Shown here: one piece after another, positions 25,433 to 39,039 of the stretch | Position numbering within the stretch: position 1 is the stretch's first letter | How the letters are laid out: every line of letters begins with the position of its first letter | NCBI RefSeq assembly: GCF_006345805.1 | Contig: NC_043000.1 | Span: 115,010,001 to 115,074,000 of the forward strand | From: Octopus sinensis | Taxonomy: Eukaryota | DNA length: 64,000 nt | Direction of reading: 5' to 3' | The notes under the pieces: model-generated | What the model saw: the letters and a program-made list of their open reading frames with translations, nothing else | What the model was told of the DNA's origin: nothing | Databases searched by the model: none | Translations under genes and position numbers: made by a program

Positions 25433-28374
25433 GAGCAATCTTGCTGTTTCTCCTTCAAAGTTAGGGTTTTAACTCTTCAGAGAAAGGTGCTGTCTACTAA
25501 GGACTACATTGTCAAACATGTTTTTTAAAACAGTGAGTTGTGATTTGAGGAGATTTGGCAACTATTTTTATTAGGGTATGACACACAGAGGGTCCCACAT
25601 TGGCTCTTTTAGATGTAGCCTTGAATGTTTGTATGTAGCAGCAGCAATACAGGCCCAGATATTTGGGAATCAGAATCAGGGGGGAAAGGTAGCAACGTGC
25701 ATTCCGAGTGCAGTAGATGCAAATACGGTTGCAATAAAGCTAAAAAAAGGCAGTTTAAAAAAAAAAAAAATAAAATCCGATCAGAGTTAAGAATGGAACA
25801 CTAGAATTAAGCAGATCAATATTTTGATAATACTTAACCCAGTAAAACATTCTCAGAGGTGTAGTGTTTACTATAATCCTCCTCTTAATCCAGCCTGATG
25901 TGTTAATCCAGTTTAAAGGAGTAGTGAAGTGAGAATACAGTGTGATAGTACAGTACTTGGAATACTGACTGTATTGTGGCTGGCTGGCTGGCTGGTGGTG
26001 GGGTGGGGTGTCTTTCGGAGGTTGGCTGGTTGCCAATGGCGATGTTTACTTCATATTTTTACATGTTAGTTTTCTGTTGTTTCTGGCGTGGCTTTTGTTT
26101 TCCTTCTTGCACAGATGCTAAATGTGTGTCTCCTCCGAACTGTGTCTGTCTGTCTGTGTGCATGCTTGTGTCTACCTGCATTGTGCATATATGTGTATGT
26201 ATATTGTTTTACCGGTTTCTTTTTCATTGTACTGTGTGGCCATGCTGGAACACCTCCTTCGAGGATTTTTGTCAATATTCACAACACCATTGAAGGTGGC
26301 AAGCTAGTAGAACCATTAGCATTCCAGGCAAAATGCTTAGCGACATTTCGTCTATCTTTATGTCCTGAGTTCAATTTCCACCATGGTCAACTTTGCCTTT
26401 CATTCTTTTTTGGGAAGGGGGACGATAACATAAGTACCAGTTGAACACTGAGGGCCGATGTAATCAACTTACACCCCTACCTTGAACTTGCTGGCCTTAT
26501 GCCAAAATTTAGAACCAGTATTATCAACACTCTTGTACTTGCCAATATGGTTAGGTTGTTATGGGTTTACATGAGGCACAATAGTTACTAAAACCAATAA
26601 GTAAACTCCTAGCAAAACTGTCTGCCTCGGGGCTCTTTTCCTGTCTTATCTCTTTGATCATGTGGTACAAGGAAACTGTAATGCAAGGAAATAAGATACG
26701 GTTCACAGACTGTCCAGCTGTGCTAAGTCCAAACACATGTCCCACCCATATCACCTAATGTTAGCAGCTGCTACTACCAATCCCGCTAGCTTGCTCCACT
26801 GATATCCATTCACAGCGACTGCAGAAGGTTGAAAGAGGACAACCGTGGTCTTGTTTCCCTCACTTCTTCTCCCCCTTTCTGTTCTGGTCAGGCCCCTTGA
26901 CCATTGACATCACAGCCCTTTCCTTCCGGCTCATCTCATCCCCACAGATCATTTACTTCCAGTCAAATCCCACCATCACTTTGTGTATAGATAGAGCTTC
27001 CTCAGAGCCACAGTCAGGTGGCACTGGCATCAGCCACGTTTGTATGGTGTTTTTTACGTGCCACCTCAAATTGTGCTTTTTACTGGCATGTAAAAACCCC
27101 CCATATATATATAATTCAAAACTTAAACAATAATAAACCATAAAATAAACTTTTATTTTTCAAAATGAAACAAAGCAAAGATGGAAAATAATGTGTTTTT
27201 GTATATTTCCATTTTATTTATATTTGAAAAGTTTTCTCTTACCTTTTTATTTTAAATTGCAAAGCCTTTCATCTGATCCTCACTATGACACCACGAACAC
27301 TTCAAAATTGTATTTCCGATCATATAAACCACTTTGAATATTATTTTAATAAGACTAAAATATGTTTTGTTTTGTGCTGTAAACCAGTTACCATTTATGT
27401 GGCGACCATGCCCCAAGCACAAGCTTATTTTGCTAAATGGTTAATCCAGTGCTGCATACACTTTTAGAGTTTTTTTCCCAGAATGCCCAGTCTACTCTTG
27501 GAGTTACCATAAGTAAGACTGAGATAGAATAAGTACTGGGCTTACAAAAGTCCCGGGATCAAGTTGTTCGATTAAAGGTGGTGCTCCAGCATGGCCGCAG
27601 TCAAAATGACTGAAACAAGTAAAAGAGTAAAAGAGAGTATGGGGTGGGGGGAATGCTTAAATTGTTAGAGCATTAGTGAAAATGTGTGGTATTTAGTTTT
27701 ATATCTTTGTTTCAAGTTCAAATCCTACCCAGATTCACTTTGTCTTTCATTTTTCTGAGGTCAATAAAATAACTAGTGCAGTGCTCCAGTATGACCGTAG
27801 TCTAATAGCTGAAACCAGTCAAAAAATAAACATGTGTATTTGGGCATGAACAGTTTACTGAAGCAGATCCAGTGTCCTAAATAAACTCTTATATTTTACT
27901 ATACTCTTTTACTTGTTTCAGTCATTTAACTGTGGCCATGCTGGAGCACCGCCTTTAGTATTGTATTGAATAATATTATAGTATTGAATAATTTTTGTTC
28001 CTGTTCTTTGACACCATAACTGGTGCTCCATCAGTTATGACAAGGGTTCCAGTTGAAACAATTAACAAAACAGCTTGCTCGTGAAATTAACGTGCACTGG
28101 GGTCGATGTAATCAACTTACACCTACACCTTGAATTTGCTTGCCTTGTGCCAAAATTTGGCCCAGACACAAGTACTTGTAATTTTGTTCTCGGAGATTCA
28201 GCGTGACACTATGTAACAAGGCTGGCCCTTTGAATTACATGTATAACTCGCATCTGCCAGCTGAGTGAATGGGTTTGAGCAATGTGAAATAAAGTCTCTT
28301 GCTCAAGGACCTTACAATTGTGAACCAATCACCCCTAACCACAAAGCCACATGCCTTCATTGTGTGTGTGAATT

Positions 28375-28800
28375 GGGCCATCCAATAAATAATGCGGTTT
28401 TTATAAAAGCACAAACTAAAAGTCGGTGGGGAACAGGATAAATTACCTGCATCAACTTGCTTTAAAAGCAGGTAGCAATTTAACTTTATTCTTAGTGCAA
28501 GTTTTGAAGAGTGCAGTTTGATTTTAACAGTTATTTTTTCAAAGCTATAATGGAAGAGACAAAGTGTATTCAGCATATTTTGCTTTATGAGTTCAATAAA
28601 AGCAACAATGCAATGGAAAATGTGAGGAATATTAATGCAGTATATGGGGATCAGACAATAAGTATAAGCCAATGTCAATGGTAGTTCCAGAAATTCCAAG
28701 CTGGAAACTATAGCCTAGAAGACGAGCCTCATCCTGGAAGATCTGTAGAGCTCAATGAGGACATCCTGCAAACCCTGGTGGAACAAAATGTCATTGTAAC
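28375..28800 (+). mobile_element. 5' fragment of a mariner (Hsmar1/cecropia-like N-terminus)
   Basis: From 28550: MEETKCIQHILLYEFNKSNNAMENVRNINAVYGDQTISISQCQW*FQKFQAGNYSLEDEPHPGRSVELNEDILQTLVEQN. A TIR-like aataatgcggttttt lies upstream. Truncated by a SINE tail. Confidence 0.8.
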
Positions 28801-29077
28801 TTAACAGAGAAGCTTGGTAATCGACTTAATCCCTTTGTCTGTCCTTCTTTGTAACCCCTTCTATGTTTAGCCCCTTGTGGGCAATAAAGTAATATATATA
28901 ACTTGGAGAAAATATTACTTTGCTTGGAAGTTGGTGAGGGTTTTTGACCATAGGAAAATCTGCTTCAGCAGTTTTGTGTGACCCATGGGACAGCGAGCAT
29001 TAAAGCATTGATGAGATTATGTGTAAATTGATAATAACGATGATTTCTTTAACAAGTCATTTTACTGCTATTTTCAG

Positions 29078-29306
29078 ATGACGTATCGACTCACCATAAA
29101 CTTGCCACATGCTCAGAAAGTGGTGCGCAGGATGAGCGCTAACCATCCCCTGCACGAGTTGCACCAGAGCGTGTGTGAAGAGAAGAACCTCGACCCAAAT
29201 GTGTTTGTGTTGCAACGTCCAGACAAACCTGGATCTGTGATAAATCTCAAATATACACTCCAAGAATTGGGTCTTCAACAGCATGAGCTCAATCTTGTTC
29301 ACAAAG
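29078..29306 (+). CDS. COBL: Exon of a cordon-bleu-like gene: ubiquitin-like (Cobl/RBD-fold) domain
   Basis: Acceptor ttttcag|ATG and donor AAAG|gtaat; 229 nt, phase 0 to 1. Encodes MTYRLTINLPHAQKVVRRMSANHPLHELHQSVCEEKNLDPNVFVLQRPDKPGSVINLKYTLQELGLQQHELNLVHK. By eye this matches the recalled vertebrate Cobl pattern T-x-R-L-x-x-N...QK-x-V-x-R-x-S...PL...C...P...VL-x-R...G...L...L-x-ELG. Orthology is inferred. Confidence 0.8.
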
Positions 29307-29319
29307 GTAATATATTATT

Positions 29320-29490
29320 TACATTGTTTACATTATTTACATTTGACGGATATTTGTCCTCATATTGTTTGTTGTTAACACATTGTTACGGCTGATGTAC
29401 TCTCCAGCCTTCTTCAGGTGTCCTGGGGAAATTTCAAACCTGGGTTCTCATTCTTAAGGTATTTTTCGAGATTATTATTATTAATAATAA
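29320..29490 (-). mobile_element. Hammerhead-bearing short element, copy A (head missing)
   Basis: Same body as 40846-41017; hammerhead-like core at 29377-29422 on the minus strand; begins 13 nt after the exon donor. Confidence 0.75.
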
Positions 29491-29496
29491 TAAAAT

Positions 29497-29780
29497 GTGG
29501 AGGCGCAATGGCCCAGTGGTTAGGGCAGCGGACTCGCAGTTGGAGGATCGCGGTTTTGATTCCCAGACTGGGCATTGTGTGTGTTTATTGAGCAAAAACA
29601 CCTAAAGCTCCATGAGGCTCTGGCAGGGGCTGGTGGTGACCCCTGTTGTACTCTTTCGCCCCAACTTTTACTCTCTCATCCTGTTTCTTGAGTAACACTG
29701 TGATGGACTGGTGTCACGTCCAGCTGGGGGAAAACATATGCCACAGAAACCGGGAAACCAGGCCCATGAGCCTGGCTGGT
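29497..29780 (+). mobile_element. tRNA-derived SINE (family 4)
   Basis: Head gtggaggcgcaatggcccagtggttagggcagcggactcgc...ttttgattcccagac. Related heads at 23865-24108 (-), 40170-40270, 43753-44055, 59580-59900 and 62335-62660. Confidence 0.85.
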
Positions 29781-30830
29781 GTTCAGAAGGGCATCCAGCT
29801 GTAAAAACCTTGCCCAAACTGACCTCGCCTGTGCTTGTGCCACATAAAAAGAACTACTCACCTTGCCTGTGCTTGAGCCACATAAAAAGCACTAAGTCCA
29901 CTCTGCTGAGTGGTTGGTGTTAGGAAGGACATCCAGCTGTAAAAATCCTGCCAATACAGTCACAGAAGTTTGGTGCAGGCTTCAGCCTGATGGGCTCCTG
30001 TACTACAGTCCTACTCATGCTAGCATGGAAGACAAACATTAAACAATGATGATGATGATGATATATATATATATATATATCACATTTGCAAACAATAACA
30101 TTAGTTAGTTACAGTTTTCAAATCGAAGATAAACTGTAACCAAACCATGTGAAATATTGCATTTTATTTTTTTAAAATCCCAGAATATAAAAGGCTAAGT
30201 CAGAAATCATTTTCTAACAGCTAATTGTAAGTTAGCTGTAAAATGTAGGTCATTAGGTAATCTTGGTCCCAATTTGACAACCAGAAGAAAAGAACACATT
30301 GTCCAGGTAATATGGAAAAGTATTTGTACAAATATTTCATCATACTTCACATTCTTTTGAAGAAGAATCCTTTTCTACCCAAAATATCAAAATCTCTCTC
30401 TCCTCTACACAAATTTTTGTTTTTGAAATATTTCTAGAAAGACTTGCCTTATTCCAGATTTCAATAATCTTTGGGTTGTAATCTTTAAATTTGTTTTGTT
30501 TTCATGTTGCAACCATGCAGATACCCATCACTATCCAATCATTCTGTATATCAGGGTTTAGATTGTCTCGTGTGTCCTTCATTTTTATAACAGTAGCTTA
30601 ATGGAGTTTGTACTAATTCTAGTTGGTTACAACCACGAAGGTTCTCCATGGTAATATTATTATAGATGCTGTACTGGGCTCGATGTAGTGTGCCATATCA
30701 ATTCAATACGATGTAGTGTACAGATGTAAGGCTTCAAGGTTCTCGCATCAGAGTAACCAGTATACATCGAAGAATTAACACTGAGAACGAAGAACTGTTA
30801 CTTACCTATATTTATTCATTTACCCGACAG

Positions 30831-30883
30831 GTTGTTACAGAGACAGCAGCAATTCTAGTTATAGTGACAAGGATGACTCGCTG
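30831..30883 (+). CDS. COBL: Putative 53-nt exon of the cordon-bleu-like gene
   Basis: Acceptor ttcatttacccgacag| and donor CTG|gttagt. Phase 1 to 0, exactly bridging the phase-1 end at 29306 and the phase-0 start at 41736. Encodes (G)CYRDSSNSSYSDKDDSL. Confidence 0.55.
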
Positions 30884-33041
30884 GTTAGTAGATGATATGT
30901 AGAAAAAGGTTGTCTGTCAGTAGAGGGAAAGAGTAAGGTAGTCATGGTGCTGACTAGAAAGGATGAAGGCGCATCACCTTTCTTACAGCCGAAAGCCTCT
31001 CTCAGCAAATCGAGTGAAGGGCAAAAGGAAGCGCTGCTCTTGGTTAAGGCTGATGCAAAAGTGGGTGTTGCCCCTTGGTCTGGCTGACACAAAGGAGCTG
31101 GTGTTGCTCTTTGGTCATAGCTGACACATCAGAAGAAGAGATAGAAAATTCTCTCTGTTCTATAGGCTATGGTCAGTAATGTAGGTCAAACCTTAAACAA
31201 AGGACTGACCTTTCCTTGACCAGTACAGGTCCTAGGGGGTGGAGTGTTTCCTCATCAATCATTTAGTGTGGAGGATTTCCTGCTCCACAGGAACAAGCTG
31301 GTGGATTTGGTTTCAAATCTCAGGCGGGGTCAAGCTAGAACCCCACAGTGCTGTCATAATGGCATTCCTGATCTTCATTATTATAATCACCTCTATCAAT
31401 AATGGATTCAAATTTTGACCCAAGGCCAGCAGTTTGGGGGAGGAGGTGAGTTGATTACATGGATCACAGTGGTACTTATTTTATTAACCCTGAAAGAGTG
31501 AAAGGTAAGGTCAATCTTGATGGAATTTTAACTCACAACACAAAGGACATAATGCTGCCAAGCATTTTGCCCAGTTTGCCCACTGGTCTGCCAGCTCATC
31601 ACCTTTATACTCTGCCATCAGCATTATTTATACCAACATTATTAAATCATCACCATTACCAAAAGAGATACTGCCAGACTGTTATCTTTTATCACTTAAG
31701 ATCTCATCATCAAAGTGCCATCATAATTATGAATATCGGAGTATTATCATAATTATCAGTTATTATCAGTATTGGTGTTATTGTCGTCATCACCTTAATA
31801 ATCCTTTTATATTTATGCTATAATCATTACCAATATTCGATCATTACTACCATTATAGAGTTGAGCTCTTCGTGAGTCAGACTTGACCTTGTAGCTGTCT
31901 GTATATTTATTAGGGTGGAGTGAAAATTTTTAAAATTGTGGAAATTGAAAATGCCTGATGGCTAAAATATTGTTATATTTGGTTATTAGAAAAATGTTAA
32001 ATACAAGTCTCTTTTCTCCACATCAGCCACTGAAATTGTCCAAGAGAAAGGCTGCCATTCTTAAGACTGATACAGCCTGGCACAATGACATCACTGATGT
32101 TGCCTTCAGAATGTAAAGACCTAGAACAGAAAGTGCAAGACATTCTGATATTCTTTTAATTCTGCCAGTCCACCATCCGGGTTTGTTTCATTGACCCCCA
32201 ACATCTTGAAGGGAAGCGTTGACCTCAGTACAACAAATGCCAGAAGGACTTCTGTATAATTCTCTAATGAGTTCCACTTTACTGTCATTGTCATAATTAT
32301 CAGTGTGATCGTTACTAGCATCGCCTTACTGGCACGTGTAAAAAGATTCGAGCAAGGTCATTGCTAGTATCACCTGACTGACCTCGTGCCGGTGGCACGT
32401 AAAAAGCACCCACTACACTCTTGGAGTGGTTGGTGTTAAGAAGGGCATCCAGCTGTAGAAACTCTGCCAGATCAAGATTGAAGCCTGGTGCAGCCATCTG
32501 GTTTGCCAGCCCTCAGTCATTCGTCCAACCCATGCTAGCATGGAAAGCGGATGTTAAACGATGATGATGATGATGATGATCAGAGTATCGCTACTGTGAC
32601 TGCTATTGTCGTTACCTTCATTAAGACCATTGCCATAATAAATCACCCATCATCGTTGTCATCCTCTACTCTTTTGTCATAATCTCCAACATCCACAACT
32701 CTGCAGCTACCTATTTACTGCCAGTGTCCAATAGCTTTGCCATTCTTTATAATTTTCAGCATCAACTGACCATTACATGTCTGTGCCAGATCTGTCTCCA
32801 ACCAGTTGGATTGCAGACCCAACAAAGTCAAGCCAAAGCCAGGGACCATCAAAAAACTACATCCACATGCCACCCCCAAAAGATACCCGTAGAAAAAAAG
32901 GCTTCTTCTCTTTCTTAAAAAAAGACAAAAAGGACAAATCAGTAAGTATTTGACCCCTGTTTTCCACTTATTTCTTACTCTTCTCTTATCAATCTTCCTG
33001 ATGTCATTTCTGGTTGCTTCTATGATGGTGATTATCTTCCA

Positions 33042-33475
33042 TTAACCCTTTGATACCAACCCGGCTGAAACCACCTCTGGCTCTGTAATACAAATGTCTT
33101 GTTTTCATAAGTTTTGAATTATAATCTTCCACCAAACCTTAGTCACAATTTGTGTTCCTAACACCAGCTTAATGATAACCAAGTTATTTTACTAAAGTTT
33201 TTGTTATATTTAAAATTAATTGAAAGAAACACAGAGCATCTCAACAGAAATATGGTAACGAAAAGGGTTAAAATATATAATAGAGAAACAATTCTTAACC
33301 TTTTCGATACCAACCCGGCTGAAACCAGCTCTGGCTCTGAGTACAAATATCTTGTTTTCATAAGTTTAGAATTAAAATCTTCCACCAAACCTTAGTCACA
33401 ATTTATGTTCCTAACACTAGTTGAATGATAACTAAGTTATTTTACTAAATTCTTTGTTATATTTAAAATTAATTG
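33042..33475 (+). mobile_element. Dimer of the piggyBac-like MITE (second unit truncated)
   Basis: Unit 33042-33271, identical 23-bp spacer at 33272-33294, partial unit 33295-33475. Confidence 0.75.
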
Positions 33476-36400
33476 TAAAAACTTTTAAAATGAGGTTCCA
33501 AACACAAACTTAATAATGTAGAATATGGAATTTCAGGAAGTGGTTGTGTGTTGGTGAAAATTCCTATAAGAGTTTAAGTTCAATTTCTGTAAGGTGGCTA
33601 GAATTCCATGTTTTAGTCCTTTGTTCAAGAGGGAGGGGAAGGTACTGTTGTCATTTGAGCTTCAGGCAACCAGTTATCATGCTAAATCCCTACAGATTCG
33701 TGATTTTCAAAATTATTTGTAATCTACAAACGCTAGTCATTTGAAAGGGTTAATTTCCTTATCCATTCATAAAGTTCTAGCTTTGGCTTAAGAAGGGATC
33801 TTTTTCTTGTATTTTGTATTTTCTTGTATGGTGTTTCAGTTTTATTTTTTTATGTAAATTAGTCAAAGGACGAAAGGCAATGCAACCAACTGTTTTTAAG
33901 GCCTCCAACACTGGCAAGAGGAAGGAAGGGCACGCTGAATTTATTTTCACACCAGATTCCTGACCCAGTACTTGCAATAGAGCAAACTCTGTTAAAGGCA
34001 CCCAAAAAAGGCCAAAGGTCATCACCATTATCATTTAACATGCTTTTGATGCAGGCATGGATTGGATGGTTTGACTAGAGCTAGCTGGCTGGACCAGGTT
34101 CCAGTCTGATTTGGCCTGGAATCTACAGCTGGATGCCCTTCTTAACACCAACTGCTTTACAGAGCATGCTGGGTGCTTTTTATGTGATGCCATAAAAGGC
34201 ACCAGCACAAGTGCTTTTTTACATGGTACCAGCATGGGAGTCTTGCAAGGCAAAAACCCCTTTAGCTGAGAATAGAGAGCATTAATAATTTTGCTGTGTT
34301 GGCCAGATCTTCTTGAGAGCAGCAAAATGCAAGATATCTCAGTTTTTTGTAAGGCACAGTGTCCTGAGATCAGCCAAGGTTGGTTGTGTTAAACCATGCT
34401 GTTAATTCTTTTGTATATTTTTTTTTTTTTTTTTTTTATCTAGTTTCAGCTCAAGAGCTGTGGCCATGCTGGGGCACCGCCATTCAATAATTATCAATAA
34501 TTATTTTCAGTTGAGAGGATGGGTGGCTGCACCCTAAATGGTGTGAACATTTATAGCAACCTTTTCAATGCCAAGACCACTTATAGTTACAAGATACAAT
34601 TTTTTAAGACGTTCCTATTCAGTTTTAAATCTTTCATCATAATATTTTTTCTATCTGAACACTTTATGTTCAAAACACAAACTTCATTTACCAATGAGTG
34701 AGAAACTTAATTGTTCTGTTGACTCTTTTCACATTCTTACATTTCAATTATCATTGAAAATAATTAAACAGTGGACTACATTAAAAATACAGTAATGAAA
34801 GGATGAAAGATACACATCTCTGGAGAATATAAAACAATTTAAATGCAAACTGCATGGCTAGTTCAGTTGATTGAACAATTGAATGCTCACTATTAAACAA
34901 ATCTATTTACTTATTCACACACACACATTTATACAAACATATAAAATACAATATACAAAGTTATATCTTGAGATCGCTAGTGACAGCAATACTCAAAATA
35001 TATAACAGACTGGAATTGTAGTGCTCCAAACGAGCTATATTCTTCTGGTTAATCTGAGGGGAGGCAGTGTGAGCAGCGACTAAAGGAACATTACAAAATC
35101 CACAGAAAGATCAAACACATACATATATGCATATATATCTACAGAACAGATAAAAAGTCAGATGTTTAAAAATATAATAATATATAAATAAATAAGCATC
35201 ATATAAAATATATAAATATATAAGATTCATATGTATACATATATACATACATACAGGCAGACAGACATTCTAAATAAACAGAAATACCTTCTCGTATTAC
35301 AGTGGAAGTCATTAAATATTCAACAAATAGTTTTTATCTCTGATATAATCACTGGGAAGATTTTACAAACATCTAACCCAAAAAATCTGCTCAATCATTT
35401 CATGTGGATACCCAACAGGCCAAATTCCAATCCAGGTCAAAACGAAAAATTAAAAACAAAACTGTCCTAAAAAATAATAACTTAATCCTGTACATCCCCT
35501 AAGATGTAAAAAAAAAAATTGGACAAACAAAACAGTAAAAGATGTTGAACAGATTCAACAGAGTTTGCCCTTTAAACCAGAGATTCGGTCTTGTTGATAA
35601 CTTTGCAGTGTATACACGCTTGCACACACACACACATGATGAACTCTCTTGATTCCTAGTGTAAGGGGCTAAATATTGTACCCTTAATATATTTAGGCAG
35701 GAAGGCGGCGAGCTGGCAGAACCGTTAGCACACCGGGCAAAATGCGTAGCCGTATTTTGTCTGCCGTTACGTTCTGAGTTCAAACTCCGCCAAGGTCAAC
35801 TTTGCCTTTCATCCTTTCAGGGTTGATTAAATAAGTACCAGCTGCGCACTGGGGTCAATGTAATCAACTTAATCCGTTTGTCTGTCCTTATTTGTCCTCT
35901 CTGTGTTTAGCCCCTTGTGGGTAGTAAAGAAATAGGTATTTCATCTACCATCATGTTCCACCAAGCTTGACTTTACCTGTATGTGTGTGTGTGTGATATT
36001 ATTATCTCAACATTGTAATTATCTTACAGCTGCCATAACATACTTCAACAATTGTTTCTTTATATGCTCTCTTTCTTTCTCTCTCTCTCTCTCACACACA
36101 CACACACTCCATTGATTTTTTAGACACTCTTTTTTCTAGTATTTCTTCTGTTTGTTTGTTGGCATTGCTTTCATACTTACACCATCCATCCTGCAACAGA
36201 ATATTAAGAATACCGTAGTTGTTGTTGTTGAGGAATGGTGCAAATGAGGAAATTTTAAATATGTAAAGGTATTTAGTTTTGTGATACCTGTGCCCGTGGC
36301 ACGTAAAAGGCACCATCCGAACGTGGCTGACGCCAGCGCTGCCATGACTGGCTTCTGTGCCAGTGGCACATAAAAAGCACCAACCGATCATGGCCGCTGC

Positions 36401-37195
36401 CAGCCTCCCCTGGCACCTGTGCTGGTGGCACGTAAAAAGCACCCACTACACTCACCAAGTTGTTGGCATTAGGAAGGGCATCCAGCTGTAGAAACACTGC
36501 CAGATCAAGATTGGAGCCTGGTGCAGCCTCCTGGCTTCCCAGACCCCGGTTAAACTGTCCAACCCGTGCTAGCATGGAAAATGGATGTTAAACGATGATG
36601 ATGTCTAAGTTCTGGGTTCAAATCTTGTAAAGACCAGCTGCATTTTGCAATAATGTTGAGATTTGCAATTGCTACTACTTGCTTTTTTTGCCAGCTGAGT
36701 AAACTGGAGCAATGTAAAATAAAGTGCCTTGCTTAAGGATACAAGGTACTGCTTGGAATAGAACCCCCGACTTCATGCTCATGAGCCCAACACACTAACC
36801 ACTAAACTATGCACCTTCACCGGCTTTGGACAGTGTGCCGATGGAAACATTACAGCATTGCAAGGGATGATGCCTTATGGTATTTGTGCTGTGTCTTTGT
36901 ATTCTGAGTTCAAATCCCAGCATGGCCTACTTGAGTGGTAGATTTAATCTAACACCTTTGCTGTTTGGGCAAAGGAATCCAAGTATTCAAGCCAAGTCTC
37001 TGCTCTGATAATATCTCCCTTCCTACCTCAATCCCTCGATCAAGTCTCGGAGGCTTTGCAAGGGGTCATGAAAAGATTAAAATTTTTTAAATGGTAGAAT
37101 TACTAGACAAAATGACTCTGGTTGTATCCATTACATTTTGAGTTCAAATTCTTCCAAAGGGGGTCGGCTCTTTTAGTTCATGCAATTGAAAAAAT

Positions 37196-37507
37196 GTGGA
37201 GGCATACTGGCCCAGTGGTTAGAGCAGCAGATTCGCGGTCGGAGGATCGCAGTTTCGATTCCCAGACTGGGCGTTGTGTGTGTTTATTGAGCGAAAACAT
37301 CTAAAGCTCTGTGAGGTTCCAGCAGGGGGTGATGGCAACCCCTGTTGTACTCTTTCACCCTAACTTTCTCTCTTTCTTCCTGTTTCTTGAGTAACGCTGC
37401 AATGGACTGTTGTCCCGTCCAGCTGGGGGGGAACACATACGCCATAGAAACTGGGAAACCGGGCCCATAAGCCTGGCTAGGCTTGAAAAGGGCGCAAAAA
37501 AGAAAAA
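37196..37507 (+). mobile_element. Full-length SINE family 4 with A-tail and 11-bp TSD
   Basis: Flanked by aattgaaaaaa at 37184-37194 and 37508-37518. Confidence 0.85.
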
Positions 37508-38376
37508 AATTGAAAAAACCACATCGTTTATGGGATGACCCAATAGATTTATTGATTATTATAAATTTATAAATTTATTACAGCTGAAAAATATTAATAC
37601 TAATATATTGAGTTCTTCATTTTATTTTTTTTTGTTTTTGTTTGTTGATCTTACAGTTGTGTGTGTGTGTGTATGTGCATTCTATCAGTGTCTAAAATCA
37701 ACTCAAAGTTCTTGAAGACAATGTCCTAGTATGTCCACTGTCCCAGTGACCAGCACCAATAAAAGAACATCTGAGAAAATTTTATTTTTCCACACCAGAC
37801 ATACCTGTTTCCTAAGCCAAAAAAGAAAAAGACAAACAAATACATCTTTTTAATGAATATTGCTAATTTTTGTGTTAAAAGCTTAAAGAAGAAACTGTAA
37901 AGAAAAATATATTCTAAACTCTTCAGAATTGGTGAACTACTGAATGTAAGGATCTTAGGTAATATTTAAAGGAAGCCCATTTGACTGATTGGCAGGAATT
38001 TACTGACGGACTTTAACCATTTATTCCATTCATGTGCTTTGTTCCATCTTTACCTCCTCTTCTGTCTCTGCTTCAACATATTCCGCTGCTTAGTACTGGT
38101 TTCCTCTTCAGGCTTGGAAAATACTTCAGACCTGCTCCAGCGATATGCACTGTTCACATATTGGGGACAGTGTTCCTACACACACACACACACACACAAC
38201 AGATCTTACGTTACACCTGAAAGAAGATCGTCAATGGCATCTTACCATTTCACCCTTTGGCCCATTGTTTCTTCTGTCAGCCTCTCCTGTTGCCCCTACA
38301 CTAACTTCTGAACTACAACAAACAGCCTCATCTAATATTGTTACAGTAATCTCTGCTCTTCTGAATTTGATGGATG

Positions 38377-39039
38377 TCCACTCTTGTATACCCATCCATT
38401 TATCTTCTCACCATCCCTATTATATCCCATCCTGTATCATCTCTTGTGAAAGGTAGAAGAGTCCAGTTTGCTGGACATTTTTGTAGAGCTGAAAACGAGG
38501 TAATTTCTACTCTTCTCTGGAAGCCATCTGCTCATGATACCAGAAGGTGCAAACTCTCCTACCCTGATGTAATCTCCAGGGATACAGGCATCCAGCAACA
38601 GGATCTCCGTAATGCTATGATGGATTGTGAAGTCTGGTGTAACAGTAAATTCCATTGTCTCAACCACTGTCAAACAATGATGATATCCCATCTCCCACAT
38701 AAAATATTTCTCCCAGTTCTTCTCACCTGCAAATTCCCCCAGTGTCCCATAAACCGTATCAATCCCACTTGTCTGGAAAGGAGAAATGAGCCTTGTCTTG
38801 ACCACAACTATTGCCAACTCTATTCTTGCTAATTTATATCCACTCAGGTATACTCATCCATTTATCCCCTCACCATCCCTATTATATCCCATCTTCCACA
38901 TAAAATATTTCTCCCAGTTCTTCTCACCTGCAAATTCCCCCAGTGTCTCATAAACCGTATCAATCCCTCTTGTCTGGAAAGGAGAAATGAGCCTTGTCGT
39001 GATCACCACTATTGCCAACTCTATTCTTGCTAATTTATA
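38377..39039. repeat. 201-bp tandem duplication whose first copy is interrupted by an RTE fragment
   Basis: Copy 1 (38377-38838) is 462 bp = 201 + 251 (insert) + 10 (TSD); copy 2 (38839-39039) is uninterrupted. Confidence 0.9.
38432..38682 (+). mobile_element. 5'-truncated RTE-clade LINE
   Basis: RRVQFAGHFCRAENEVISTLLWKP...YPDVISRDTG...DLRNAMMDCEVW is RTE C-terminus-like. Short tgatg tail; TSD atatcccatc at 38422-38431 and 38683-38692. Confidence 0.85.

Noticed and set aside
30900-31092. Open frames just after the 53-nt exon
   Set aside because: A TGA follows the donor in the gene's frame and no recognisable homology was seen.
19991-33475. Repeat-spacer arrays resembling CRISPR
   Set aside because: Units are ~229 bp, spacers are identical, there are no cas genes and the context is eukaryotic.
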